Shown here: in pieces, positions 28,070 to 36,374 of the stretch
How the letters are laid out: each line of letters opens with the position of its first letter
Position numbering within the stretch: position 1 is the first letter of the stretch
IMG/VR virus record: IMGVR_UViG_3300044641_007277
Location: 1,666-65,665 of that record
DNA length: 64,000 bases
Reading direction: 5' to 3' (one strand)
Source of the DNA: a virus
Taxonomy: Duplodnaviria > Caudoviricetes
Notes under the pieces: model-generated
Seen by the model: only the letters and a program-made list of their open reading frames with translations
Databases searched by the model: none
Told to the model about the DNA's origin: nothing
Made by a program: the position numbers and the translations under genes

Positions 28070-28600
28070 GTGAAAGAACAGTATTCTCTTCAGAATAAAA
28101 ACAAAAAGGAAAACATTAGAATGAATTCTGATATTTCCGCAAAAACTGTAAGAGTTGTTGATGAAGAAGGTAATCAATTAGGAATAATGTCTATTGAAGA
28201 TGCCTTATTGCAAGCTGAATCTTCTGATAAAGATTTGATTGAAATATCGCCAGAAGCTAATCCCCCCGTAGTTAAAATTATTGATTATGGTAAATGGAGA
28301 TATAATAAAATAAAATCTGAACAAAAAAATACAAAAGAAAGAAAAACCACTAAAGAAGTTCGCTTTTCTATAAGTATTAGTGAAAACGATTTAAATACAA
28401 AATTAAAGATGGTTGAAAAATTCTTAAAGCAAGGCGATAATGTTTTGGTAAAAGTTATATTAAAAGGTAGAGAAAGGATAAGAGAACAATTAGGAAAAGA
28501 AAAGATAGAGAAAATTGTTACTATAGTTAAACCAATTGCTAAAAGCGTTGGGGAAATAAAAATAGAGAAGAATGTCATTCAATGCCTGTTCTTCTCCTAA
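28070..28600 (+). CDS. infC: Translation initiation factor IF-3
   Basis: VRVVDEEGNQLGIM, DLIEISPEANPPVVKIIDYGK, KEVRFS..I.ENDLNTK, FLKQGDNV.V...KGRE; GTG start (alternative ATG 28121). Confidence 0.95.
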   Translation: MKEQYSLQNKNKKENIRMNSDISAKTVRVVDEEGNQLGIMSIEDALLQAESSDKDLIEISPEANPPVVKIIDYGKWRYNKIKSEQKNTKERKTTKEVRFSISISENDLNTKLKMVEKFLKQGDNVLVKVILKGRERIREQLGKEKIEKIVTIVKPIAKSVGEIKIEKNVIQCLFFS

Positions 28601-28602
28601 AC

Positions 28603-28629
28603 AAAAGCCGAGTTAAACTCGGCTTTTTT
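28603..28629. terminator. Bidirectional intrinsic terminator
   Basis: AAAAGCCGAG-ttaaa-CTCGGCTTTT(TT). Confidence 0.85.
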
Positions 28630-28657
28630 ATATTATAAAATTTTATTTATGTATATT

Positions 28658-29200
28658 TTATGCATATGATATAAGATTAAGCCATACTTCTTTATTTTTT
28701 TCAAAGTTTTTCCAAGTTAAATCTTCAGAATCAAGGACAAATGGAGTTTGTTCACCCATTTGTATTATACCTATACCATAGTCTATATCAAAAACAAACA
28801 TTCTTAAATCTTTTCTTTTTCTAAATTCCATCCACGCTTTCCATACATCTCCAGTCCAAACTTTAGTTTGTCTGGGTACAATTTGCTCTAATTCAGTTTT
28901 TGGAAGACAATCATGGACTATAATCATACCACCTTTATTAAGAACCTTTAATGAATTTTGTATATCCTTAACAACTTGGTCAGAATGATGTAAGCCATCT
29001 ATAAAAATAATATCAAATGTTTTGTTATTATGTAAGAAGAACTCGTCTGATGTCATCTTATGAGTTACATAGTTTGATATGGAATACGGATCAACTCCAA
29101 CTTTATATTCAGACTGTATTTGTCTAAAACAAACCCCTTCATCTATTCCTATTTCTAAATAACTCTTATAATTATATCTTTTAATATAATTATTTATCAT
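28658..29200 (-). CDS. Class I SAM-dependent methyltransferase (Methyltransf_24-like)
   Basis: SYLEIG, GVDP, FDIIFIDGLH, GGMIIVHD, WTGDVWK; start placed at ATG 29200. Confidence 0.85.
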   Translation of the reverse strand: MINNYIKRYNYKSYLEIGIDEGVCFRQIQSEYKVGVDPYSISNYVTHKMTSDEFFLHNNKTFDIIFIDGLHHSDQVVKDIQNSLKVLNKGGMIIVHDCLPKTELEQIVPRQTKVWTGDVWKAWMEFRKRKDLRMFVFDIDYGIGIIQMGEQTPFVLDSEDLTWKNFEKNKEVWLNLISYA

Positions 29201-29762
29201 CTTTATGTGATAATTTATGAAATCCTTCATATGGTCTTTGGTAAAGTATATTTAAATTATGTTTTGATTGAACATAATTAAAAAAAAGTTGGTCTCTTAA
29301 TGAATTATTTTTTACTTCATCCCACCACTCATAGCAAAAGTTTCTAACTTTTTCTGTATTCTTACGAATTAAATAACCAGATGCTAATAAACCATTATGT
29401 TCTGGATAATTTTCTAATCTATAACGATGCAAAACATCAAAAACTATTTCTGGTTCTTCTTTTTTTAATCTAATACAAGCCATCCCTTCATCATATATAC
29501 AATCTCTTTCAGGATGTTTCCATGTTACAATGTCATAGTTAAAATCAAATTTAGGAGAAACTATCTCTATATTTGAATCTATCCATATAGAGTAATCGTG
29601 ATCAGGCAAAAACTCAAATGGTTTTAATTTTATTTCTCTCGCTAGTAATCTTGGATTTTTTTCATTATTTACAGATATACGATAAAAAGGATATTCAAGA
29701 TTATTCATTTGAATATCATCATCATAATTACCAATATTTGCTGTATAAATAATTACTTTCAT
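29190..29762 (-). CDS. DUF616-like glycosyltransferase
   Basis: IYTANIGNYD, R.IKL.P, YSIWIDSN, HPERDCIYDEG, RDQL.FNYV. Confidence 0.8.
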   Translation of the reverse strand: MKVIIYTANIGNYDDDIQMNNLEYPFYRISVNNEKNPRLLAREIKLKPFEFLPDHDYSIWIDSNIEIVSPKFDFNYDIVTWKHPERDCIYDEGMACIRLKKEEPEIVFDVLHRYRLENYPEHNGLLASGYLIRKNTEKVRNFCYEWWDEVKNNSLRDQLFFNYVQSKHNLNILYQRPYEGFHKLSHKDDK

Positions 29763-30307
29763 TTTAGTAAATGCTTTTTGCTTTCTAAACTTCTTGACAT
29801 GTCTCCTCCTCTATACCAATGGTATAAATAAACACCATTCATTCTATAAATTATCTTGTTTTGAGAAAGAGCTTTGAAATATAACTCATTATCTACCCCA
29901 AGCATACCTGATTCTTTAAAACCGCCTATATCTGTCCATACTTTTTTAGATATTAATATAAGAACTCCACTTAAAGCATTCACAGGATCTTGAATTTGTG
30001 TTACTGAATCATAAAATTCTTCATATAACTTTTTACCCCAATCTCTATGCTCTTGTAAATTATCCGATTGTATATTTCCTGATAATTGCCAAGAACAACC
30101 AACTCTGTTTGTTACACAAGTAAAAAAACCACATTCTTTATATTGATTAGCAATATCTTCCAATTGTTTCCCAAAGAATGTGGTCGTAAATATTGCATCA
30201 GCATCTATAAAACAAACATAATCATCATCGCTGATTAAATTCATCATTTGATTGTAATAAATACCTATATTTTTATCAGTATTCCAAGGTATAGAATAAT
30301 AAATCAT
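29759..30307 (-). CDS. Short GT-A glycosyltransferase-like protein
   Basis: IGIYYN..M, YVCFIDAD, SG.LILISKKVW..IGGF, GVDN, YLYH.YR. Confidence 0.75.
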   Translation of the reverse strand: MIYYSIPWNTDKNIGIYYNQMMNLISDDDYVCFIDADAIFTTTFFGKQLEDIANQYKECGFFTCVTNRVGCSWQLSGNIQSDNLQEHRDWGKKLYEEFYDSVTQIQDPVNALSGVLILISKKVWTDIGGFKESGMLGVDNELYFKALSQNKIIYRMNGVYLYHWYRGGDMSRSLESKKHLLK

Positions 30308-30335
30308 TTTATAACTTTATAGGAGAAAAGATTGA

Positions 30336-30842
30336 TTACATCGAATAGAATTTATTCAAAATTTGTTCTTCAATCATTTCCCAATTTTTCTCATAAAATT
30401 CTTCACTTTCTTCATCCATAAACCAACTTGGTTCAAAACTATATTCTACATTTCTACCAGTATGAAATGGAAGCAAGTAACCTGAAAACTGATAAAAATT
30501 TTCATCATCTTGATATACATAAGAAATTTCATATTGATCTTTATAATTCTTTGAAATTTCTATTTCAAGACCTTCGATATGAGAACTTTCGTTCATAGAC
30601 TTGTCTTTTTTAGAATATGTCTTTTTATATCTATCCATGAATTTCTTAAAGGAAGTTGTAATCAAAGGAGATTCCGACTTTGTAGCAATTTCCTTTGCTT
30701 TCTTATATTGTTCTTCAGCATAAGGATAAAGAGTTTCACCTTCGTGAGGTTTTATAAGATATTTTGGAGGTGGATAATTTTCAGTTTCTCCTGATTTGAC
30801 TTCTCCAAGTTTTTTCATATCGCCAACATTTTTGATGTCCAT
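30336..30842 (-). CDS. Hypothetical protein
   Basis: 168 aa; internal SFKKFM...MNES motif separates two segments. Confidence 0.7.
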   Translation of the reverse strand: MDIKNVGDMKKLGEVKSGETENYPPPKYLIKPHEGETLYPYAEEQYKKAKEIATKSESPLITTSFKKFMDRYKKTYSKKDKSMNESSHIEGLEIEISKNYKDQYEISYVYQDDENFYQFSGYLLPFHTGRNVEYSFEPSWFMDEESEEFYEKNWEMIEEQILNKFYSM

Positions 30843-30948
30843 AGTTTTTTATTTATTTTTTTATACGTAATGCTTGCTCTATTTTTACCACATTTTCGGT
30901 AATCTCTTCTATTTGTTCTTTTATAATTACAATAGCGGTGTGCATATT

Positions 30949-31137
30949 CTAAGTATAATAGCCATTTACATCATCTAAAAGTTGATTACGAATAGGTTCA
31001 ATAATAGTATTTATTCTGTGAATTGTTTCATCAATAATTTCGAGGTCTTTTTTGCCTTCTTCTCTTAGGTCAAAAGAATTTTCTTTAGTTGATTTACCAT
31101 ATTCCTCAAAGAGTAAAATTGATTTTTTGTTTTCCAT
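30949..31137 (-). CDS. Small helical protein with capsid-targeting-like N-terminus; frame continues past its TAG to 30853
   Basis: MENKKSILLFEEY; GATATATA at 31162-31169; 31 further sense codons follow the TAG. Confidence 0.6.
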   Translation of the reverse strand: MENKKSILLFEEYGKSTKENSFDLREEGKKDLEIIDETIHRINTIIEPIRNQLLDDVNGYYT

Positions 31138-31184
31138 AATAGTTAAGTTTATTTGTAAATCTATATATCAAAAAATGTAGAGGT

Positions 31185-34145
31185 TTAAATAGGATCTCTT
31201 AAAAAACCTCCGCCATTTTTTCCAGCAGCACACCATTTCCATAAAAATAAGAGTAATGGAATATTTAACAGACTCAATCTCTCCCATGTTGGTAAATCAT
31301 CAATATACAAAGGCATGAGTTTTGTTATTTCAGGATCTAACTCATTTTTTGCTGGTGTCGTTGGAGAAGGTGGAGGTAAAGATGCACATAAAGTAAATCC
31401 TAATGGCAAACTAAAAACATTTATTTTATTCAAAAGACCTGTATTCTGCTGTTGTAATATTATATTTTGCTTTTGTTTTTCTGCCAAATCTCTCGCTTCT
31501 TGCTCTATATCAGCTTGTCTTTTTTTGATAGATGCTTCTAAATCCTGCTGATTAAATGATTGCTTCTTTAACTCATCTTCTTTGTCTTTAATATCTTTCT
31601 CATAACTTGAAATAGAATTTTTTAAGTTAGCATTTTCATTAAGTTTAGATGTCACTTCACTCTGTTTCTGTGTTATATTATTTTGAGCTTGTTGTATTTT
31701 TTCATTTACATTTGGGTCAGGAGGTTGTTGATTTTTTAGTGATTCTATTTCTTGCTTTTTTGCTTCTATTTCAGATTTAGCAGCATTTATTTTACTTAAA
31801 TTGTCTGCTATTTTATTAACAAATTCTGAAACTTTTTGCACAGCGTTAGAAATAGATTGAGTTAATGAAGCAATTTTATTCTGTATATCATTTACTTTTT
31901 TACCTTTTTCTAACACTTCATTTTTTTTAGATTCTATATTTTGTTTTTTTCTTTCTATTTCATCAATATTGTTTTTCATTCGTTGTATATTGTCACTAAC
32001 TATTTTTTGAATATCTTTTATATGTTTTTCCAAATCTGATGGATTTAACATAGGAATATTTATTTCAGGGGAAGCATCTAATCGTTTACTTGTTGGATCA
32101 TCTTTTATTTTACACATTGGACGAATAGCAACTGGAAACCATGCACTTTTAGGTCCAATAGGTCCAAGTGGACAATCAGATGTATTTAATATAAAAACAA
32201 AGGGAGATGGCAATACACCACATTGTCCTATTAATACGACTATTAGGGCAACAGGAGTATTTATAACTACAAGTGGTATCCATATTATTGGACATGGTAT
32301 AAATAAAGGTTTTGGAATTATTGGAAGAATTAAACCAACTGGCCAATGAATTGGCACTAAATTCATAATCGTAGCAAGTGAACAAAATTTCCTCCACCAT
32401 CTCAAATCAAATATATTTGGACTTTGAGATGCGTCCATAGGAATTCCTTTATAATTAACATCATTTCCAGCAGCAGTTTCTGGATCTTTTAATTCAGGTA
32501 ATTCACATCCTTGTTCGGCTAATTTATCTTTAATAGATGTATTTAATTCATCAAAATACTTTTGTATTTCTATTTCTTCTTTTTGAATATCTTCTAACTC
32601 TTTTGATAGAGGTTCATAAGTATCTTTAAGTTTCATTCCAACTTTATTATAATAAGATTTTACAAAACTTAATCTATCTCCGCCTTGAGTAATAGCTTCA
32701 ATTCCCCATGCAGAACCATATTTTTGAACCACTTCAATAGAAGTATTTATTTCTTTTTCAAATTCTTCGTCAGTTTTTTTTGCTTTTTCTATAACTTTTT
32801 GAACACCTCCATCCCCACCTATATCAATCAAACCTATATCTAATACTAAATCATTTTGTAATTTTTGTATCCTTTTATCTGAATTAGTTGAAGATTTTGT
32901 TTTATCATAAATGAAATCAGGTGTATTATACTTATCATATTTTATGTCAATTTCAGATGTAAGCTCTTTAACATTTTTATTCAGAATATCCTTTAAAGAC
33001 ATCAATTCAACAAATACTTTAGGATTAAATGATGCTTTAATTATTTCAGTTTGCTTTTTGTTAATCTGGTCTATTTCTGCTGATAAACGATTTCTTTTAA
33101 TTATGTTTAATACAAATGTATTATCCTTTTCTTTTTGCTTCTCGTTCTTTTGTTTGGCAAGATCATTTAACAATTTGAATTTAGGATTATTTAGAGTATC
33201 ATTTACACTCTCCCAAAATGCCAAAAAAATACTTCCGATTTTTGCTTCTTGTTTAATTTGGGATATTCTCGTCTTTACTTCATTTAGTCTTGCACCTTTC
33301 TTTTGAGATTCTTCAATAATTGGTTGTAGTATTTTAACACAATCGATAGCTAAAGTATCAGTAGGTCTTGGTGGAGCATCATTTAAGGAATTTATATCAG
33401 AATTATTAATATCAGAACGAAGATTACTTGGAATATCTCCAGAACTCTTCAAATTTTCACTTGCAACTAATAATATATTACCAATATCAGTTTTACTCAA
33501 TTCTTCTAATAAAACATCTTCAGGATTTCCAAATGTATTTAATTTAGATAAAGCATCTATTACTTGTCCCATTTGAGAAGTTCTGTCTTCTAATGATAAT
33601 GGGTTATCTTCAGGTAATTCTGTATTTATATCCTTAAAAGCATCATCAAGATTAGGTAAAGGAGTTTCTTCTAATTCTTTTGATGGTTTTAATGGTGGAG
33701 TAACTGCTTCACATAATTTCAAAAAATCTTCAAAAGAGACTTGTGGTGCTGGTGGTTCTTCTGGCTTACAAAATTCCACTAATTGTATATCTTCAGGACT
33801 TATTGATATAGGAGGTTGAATAGAATTTTCATCTTTTACTAAACAGAAAGCGTCAATCATATCTTGAGGTGTTATAACATCCAAATCATTTGGAAGTTCT
33901 GGTACTTTAGCACCTTCTAATAATGATGTGAAATTACCAAAACCTAAATCACTTATAGTTGTATCAAGTTTTATGAGGTTTTCAATAGAATTTCCCTCAA
34001 TAAAAGGTAATTGATAATCTCCTACTTGAACACTTTGTTCTTTAGTTGATTTTTGAAATTCTTTAATAGTTTCTTGTGAATTAGTAGCCAATTCACTTAA
34101 AACTTTTATATTTCCATCAATCTGTGCTTTGAAATCGTATGACAT
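31185..34145 (-). CDS. Large hypothetical virion protein with coiled coils and a hydrophobic Pro/Cys-rich segment
   Basis: 986 aa; HWPVGLILPIIPKPLFIPCPIIWIPLVVI...; long heptad stretch; GATATATA at 34170-34177. Confidence 0.75.
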   Translation of the reverse strand: MSYDFKAQIDGNIKVLSELATNSQETIKEFQKSTKEQSVQVGDYQLPFIEGNSIENLIKLDTTISDLGFGNFTSLLEGAKVPELPNDLDVITPQDMIDAFCLVKDENSIQPPISISPEDIQLVEFCKPEEPPAPQVSFEDFLKLCEAVTPPLKPSKELEETPLPNLDDAFKDINTELPEDNPLSLEDRTSQMGQVIDALSKLNTFGNPEDVLLEELSKTDIGNILLVASENLKSSGDIPSNLRSDINNSDINSLNDAPPRPTDTLAIDCVKILQPIIEESQKKGARLNEVKTRISQIKQEAKIGSIFLAFWESVNDTLNNPKFKLLNDLAKQKNEKQKEKDNTFVLNIIKRNRLSAEIDQINKKQTEIIKASFNPKVFVELMSLKDILNKNVKELTSEIDIKYDKYNTPDFIYDKTKSSTNSDKRIQKLQNDLVLDIGLIDIGGDGGVQKVIEKAKKTDEEFEKEINTSIEVVQKYGSAWGIEAITQGGDRLSFVKSYYNKVGMKLKDTYEPLSKELEDIQKEEIEIQKYFDELNTSIKDKLAEQGCELPELKDPETAAGNDVNYKGIPMDASQSPNIFDLRWWRKFCSLATIMNLVPIHWPVGLILPIIPKPLFIPCPIIWIPLVVINTPVALIVVLIGQCGVLPSPFVFILNTSDCPLGPIGPKSAWFPVAIRPMCKIKDDPTSKRLDASPEINIPMLNPSDLEKHIKDIQKIVSDNIQRMKNNIDEIERKKQNIESKKNEVLEKGKKVNDIQNKIASLTQSISNAVQKVSEFVNKIADNLSKINAAKSEIEAKKQEIESLKNQQPPDPNVNEKIQQAQNNITQKQSEVTSKLNENANLKNSISSYEKDIKDKEDELKKQSFNQQDLEASIKKRQADIEQEARDLAEKQKQNIILQQQNTGLLNKINVFSLPLGFTLCASLPPPSPTTPAKNELDPEITKLMPLYIDDLPTWERLSLLNIPLLLFLWKWCAAGKNGGGFLRDPI

Positions 34146-34193
34146 AATTTATCCGAAATAATATTAAACTATATATCCTTATTTTTAGAAAAG

Positions 34194-34224
34194 AAAAAAC
34201 CCAAGAATTTTAATCCTTGGGTTT
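34194..34224 (-). terminator. Intrinsic terminator
   Basis: AAACCCAAG-N10-CTTGGGTTT with T-run on the minus strand. Confidence 0.7.
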
Positions 34225-34249
34225 AATTATCTTTGCAAAGAAAACTGAT

Positions 34250-34621
34250 TTATTTAAGACGTAAAAGATAAACCAACTTATGTGTTTCGTTTATCATATC
34301 AATTACGATATCTTGAACATCAATTTGTGAAGAAATTTCTTCGCTATTTGCCCAATCTAAAAGATATTGTGCCCATTCAGAATATTGTGCTTCTAAATCA
34401 ACTCCAACAATCCCTTTGATTTCAATAGGTGCATGTTCTAAAGCTGGTTTTGCTCCGCCTTTGTTCTTACCTTTTGTTATCTCAACAAAACGGTCAGTAA
34501 ATCCTTGAATTGCTTCATAATAACCACCTAAAGCAACATGAGTTGCATAATGGTTAGTTTGCCAATGCCAAAGCTGCGTTTGAGCTTGTAATTGCAAAAG
34601 GAAAGGTATTGATTGTTCCAT
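34250..34621 (-). CDS. Ferritin/Dps-like protein (DUF5856-like)
   Basis: HWQT...H.ALG.YY...D.FVE and terminal YLLRLK; GATATATA at 34653-34660. Confidence 0.8.
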   Translation of the reverse strand: MEQSIPFLLQLQAQTQLWHWQTNHYATHVALGGYYEAIQGFTDRFVEITKGKNKGGAKPALEHAPIEIKGIVGVDLEAQYSEWAQYLLDWANSEEISSQIDVQDIVIDMINETHKLVYLLRLK

Positions 34622-34677
34622 AATCCAATTTTTGTTATTTTGTTACAAAGTGTATATATCAATTTTTTTTTGCATTT

Positions 34678-35028
34678 TTAAAGCAAATTTACATTTGCTT
34701 CTATTGCACGGTCTCTTTGTTGAAGCTCAATATCTCTTCGTAAGTCTCTAAGGGACTCAAATCTCGCTTCTTCAAGTTCCAATTCATTTTGAAAACTTAA
34801 CAAAGTTCTTTCATTTTCAACAAAATTTGCTGATTCAAGCAATACATTTTTAAGGTATCTTTCTCGTTCTTCAGCATTTTTACCATAATTACCGCCACTG
34901 GATTCAATTGCTCTCATTTCGATTTTAAATCGGTCTGAATCAATTGAATTTTTTAGATTTCTAATGCTGTTTCTAATTTCAGCAATTCTTAGTCTAGATT
35001 CTACAATAGCTTCTACGCTGTACTGCAT
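34678..35028 (-). CDS. Hypothetical coiled-coil protein
   Basis: 116 aa; GKNAEER motif; one of few genes with a GAGG SD-like sequence. Confidence 0.7.
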   Translation of the reverse strand: MQYSVEAIVESRLRIAEIRNSIRNLKNSIDSDRFKIEMRAIESSGGNYGKNAEERERYLKNVLLESANFVENERTLLSFQNELELEEARFESLRDLRRDIELQQRDRAIEANVNLL

Positions 35029-35050
35029 TATCTCGCCTCAATAAAAGTGA

Positions 35051-35257
35051 TTAATTAAGTCTTGCTTGTACTAATTCTACTCGCAAGTCATCTAGTTGTT
35101 CTGATGTATATTTATTCCAACCATAACGCTCTATGGTCTTTTTTATTTGTTCAATATTTTGTGGTATTGGGAAATACATATACAATGCTAAAATAATCAT
35201 TTTTTCATAATTTGTCAAGTCTTCAAATGATTTTTCTGTTGATTTTCTTGTTTCCAT
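35051..35257 (-). CDS. Hypothetical protein
   Basis: 68 aa, non-overlapping. Confidence 0.6.
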   Translation of the reverse strand: METRKSTEKSFEDLTNYEKMIILALYMYFPIPQNIEQIKKTIERYGWNKYTSEQLDDLRVELVQARLN

Positions 35258-35337
35258 AATCTTACATTATGTTTAAATGTAATCATATATAACTATTTAT
35301 GATAGCAAGAAAATGACTATTTTGTAGATTTAGAAAA

Positions 35338-35682
35338 TTAAATTGAAAAGTATAATTGAAGTTCTTTAAGATTTTCAATGTAAGACTTATTTAGGGGCTT
35401 ATAGTTAAATTTAGCCATAATTTGAGTAATCATTTCTTGTAAATTTTGGCTAATATTCTCACAAGGTAAAGAAATTATAACCTTTGATTTTTGTACATCT
35501 GAACTTGTTAAAAATCTTATTTTATTGACATCAAATGGTTGTGAACCTTTTAATTCACTTGATAGAGAAATAATAACCCTAATTATCTGATGCTCCAAAG
35601 GAGGTTCATGTTGTTGGGTATATCTTGCTATTTCTGATTGTAAATCATCAGATACATTTCTAAAAGCAAATCCTGAATGCAT
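35338..35682 (-). CDS. Hypothetical protein
   Basis: 114 aa directly downstream of gp55. Confidence 0.65.
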   Translation of the reverse strand: MHSGFAFRNVSDDLQSEIARYTQQHEPPLEHQIIRVIISLSSELKGSQPFDVNKIRFLTSSDVQKSKVIISLPCENISQNLQEMITQIMAKFNYKPLNKSYIENLKELQLYFSI

Positions 35683-35689
35683 AGTTTAT

Positions 35690-36034
35690 TTATATGTTTC
35701 TAAAGAAATCATCATCAATTGATACAAAGTCTGTTGATTTATGATTATGAATAATATTCCATGTTTTTGCCATACCATTTTTAATTACCTGTGAGTAATA
35801 AGCAAATACATTCTCAGATTTTTGAGGATCAAAGTTTCTCCAATGTCTCATAACATCCGCTATACCTGATGCTACACAATCCTCACGATCTTCAGGATAT
35901 TTGTATTTCAGAATTTTAGATAGTTCATTTGACATTTTACAAATAAGTTCAACTGCTCTTGGAGTTAATTCATCTCTTTTTTTAGATTCAATTATCTCTT
36001 TAAGAAGTTCTTTATTATTGACATATTGTGCCAT
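35690..36034 (-). CDS. gp55: Late transcription sigma factor (T4 gp55-like), minimal
   Basis: YVNNKELL, EDREDCVASGI, NFDPQKSENVFAYYSQ correspond to T4 gp55 YVNNKELL / EMIADGI / NFDETK..NPHAYITQ. Confidence 0.92.
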   Translation of the reverse strand: MAQYVNNKELLKEIIESKKRDELTPRAVELICKMSNELSKILKYKYPEDREDCVASGIADVMRHWRNFDPQKSENVFAYYSQVIKNGMAKTWNIIHNHKSTDFVSIDDDFFRNI

Positions 36035-36076
36035 TTAGATTGAGATTATTTTTGTTCCCTTTTTTAGAAATTGAAT

Positions 36077-36113
36077 AAAAAAAGTTCGCAAACTTTTGAA
36101 ATTTGCGAACTTT
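36077..36113 (-). terminator. Intrinsic terminator
   Basis: AAAGTTCGCAAA-N9-TTTGCGAACTTT with T-run on the minus strand. Confidence 0.8.
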
Positions 36114-36119
36114 ATGTTT

Positions 36120-36374
36120 TTATGCTGTAATCTCTTTTTTGTACATTTCTACAAGTTTTTCGAGACTTTGAGCTGAATTTTTAAGTTTGGTGCTATTTAA
36201 ACTTGCCGATTCGAGTTTTTGAGCCAAATCTTTAAGATTTGATATTATCCCAGGTAACTGGCTAATCGCTTGATTCATTATTGTAATCGCTTTTGCTTTA
36301 TCTGGGGTAGCATAGATGCTACTATTATCAACCTCTACAAGTTTATTATTTAAAAATTGTTCATATGATATCAT
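36120..36374 (-). CDS. Small helical protein with capsid-targeting-like N-terminus
   Basis: MISYEQFLNNKLVE; 4-nt overlap with the upstream gene. Confidence 0.7.
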   Translation of the reverse strand: MISYEQFLNNKLVEVDNSSIYATPDKAKAITIMNQAISQLPGIISNLKDLAQKLESASLNSTKLKNSAQSLEKLVEMYKKEITA

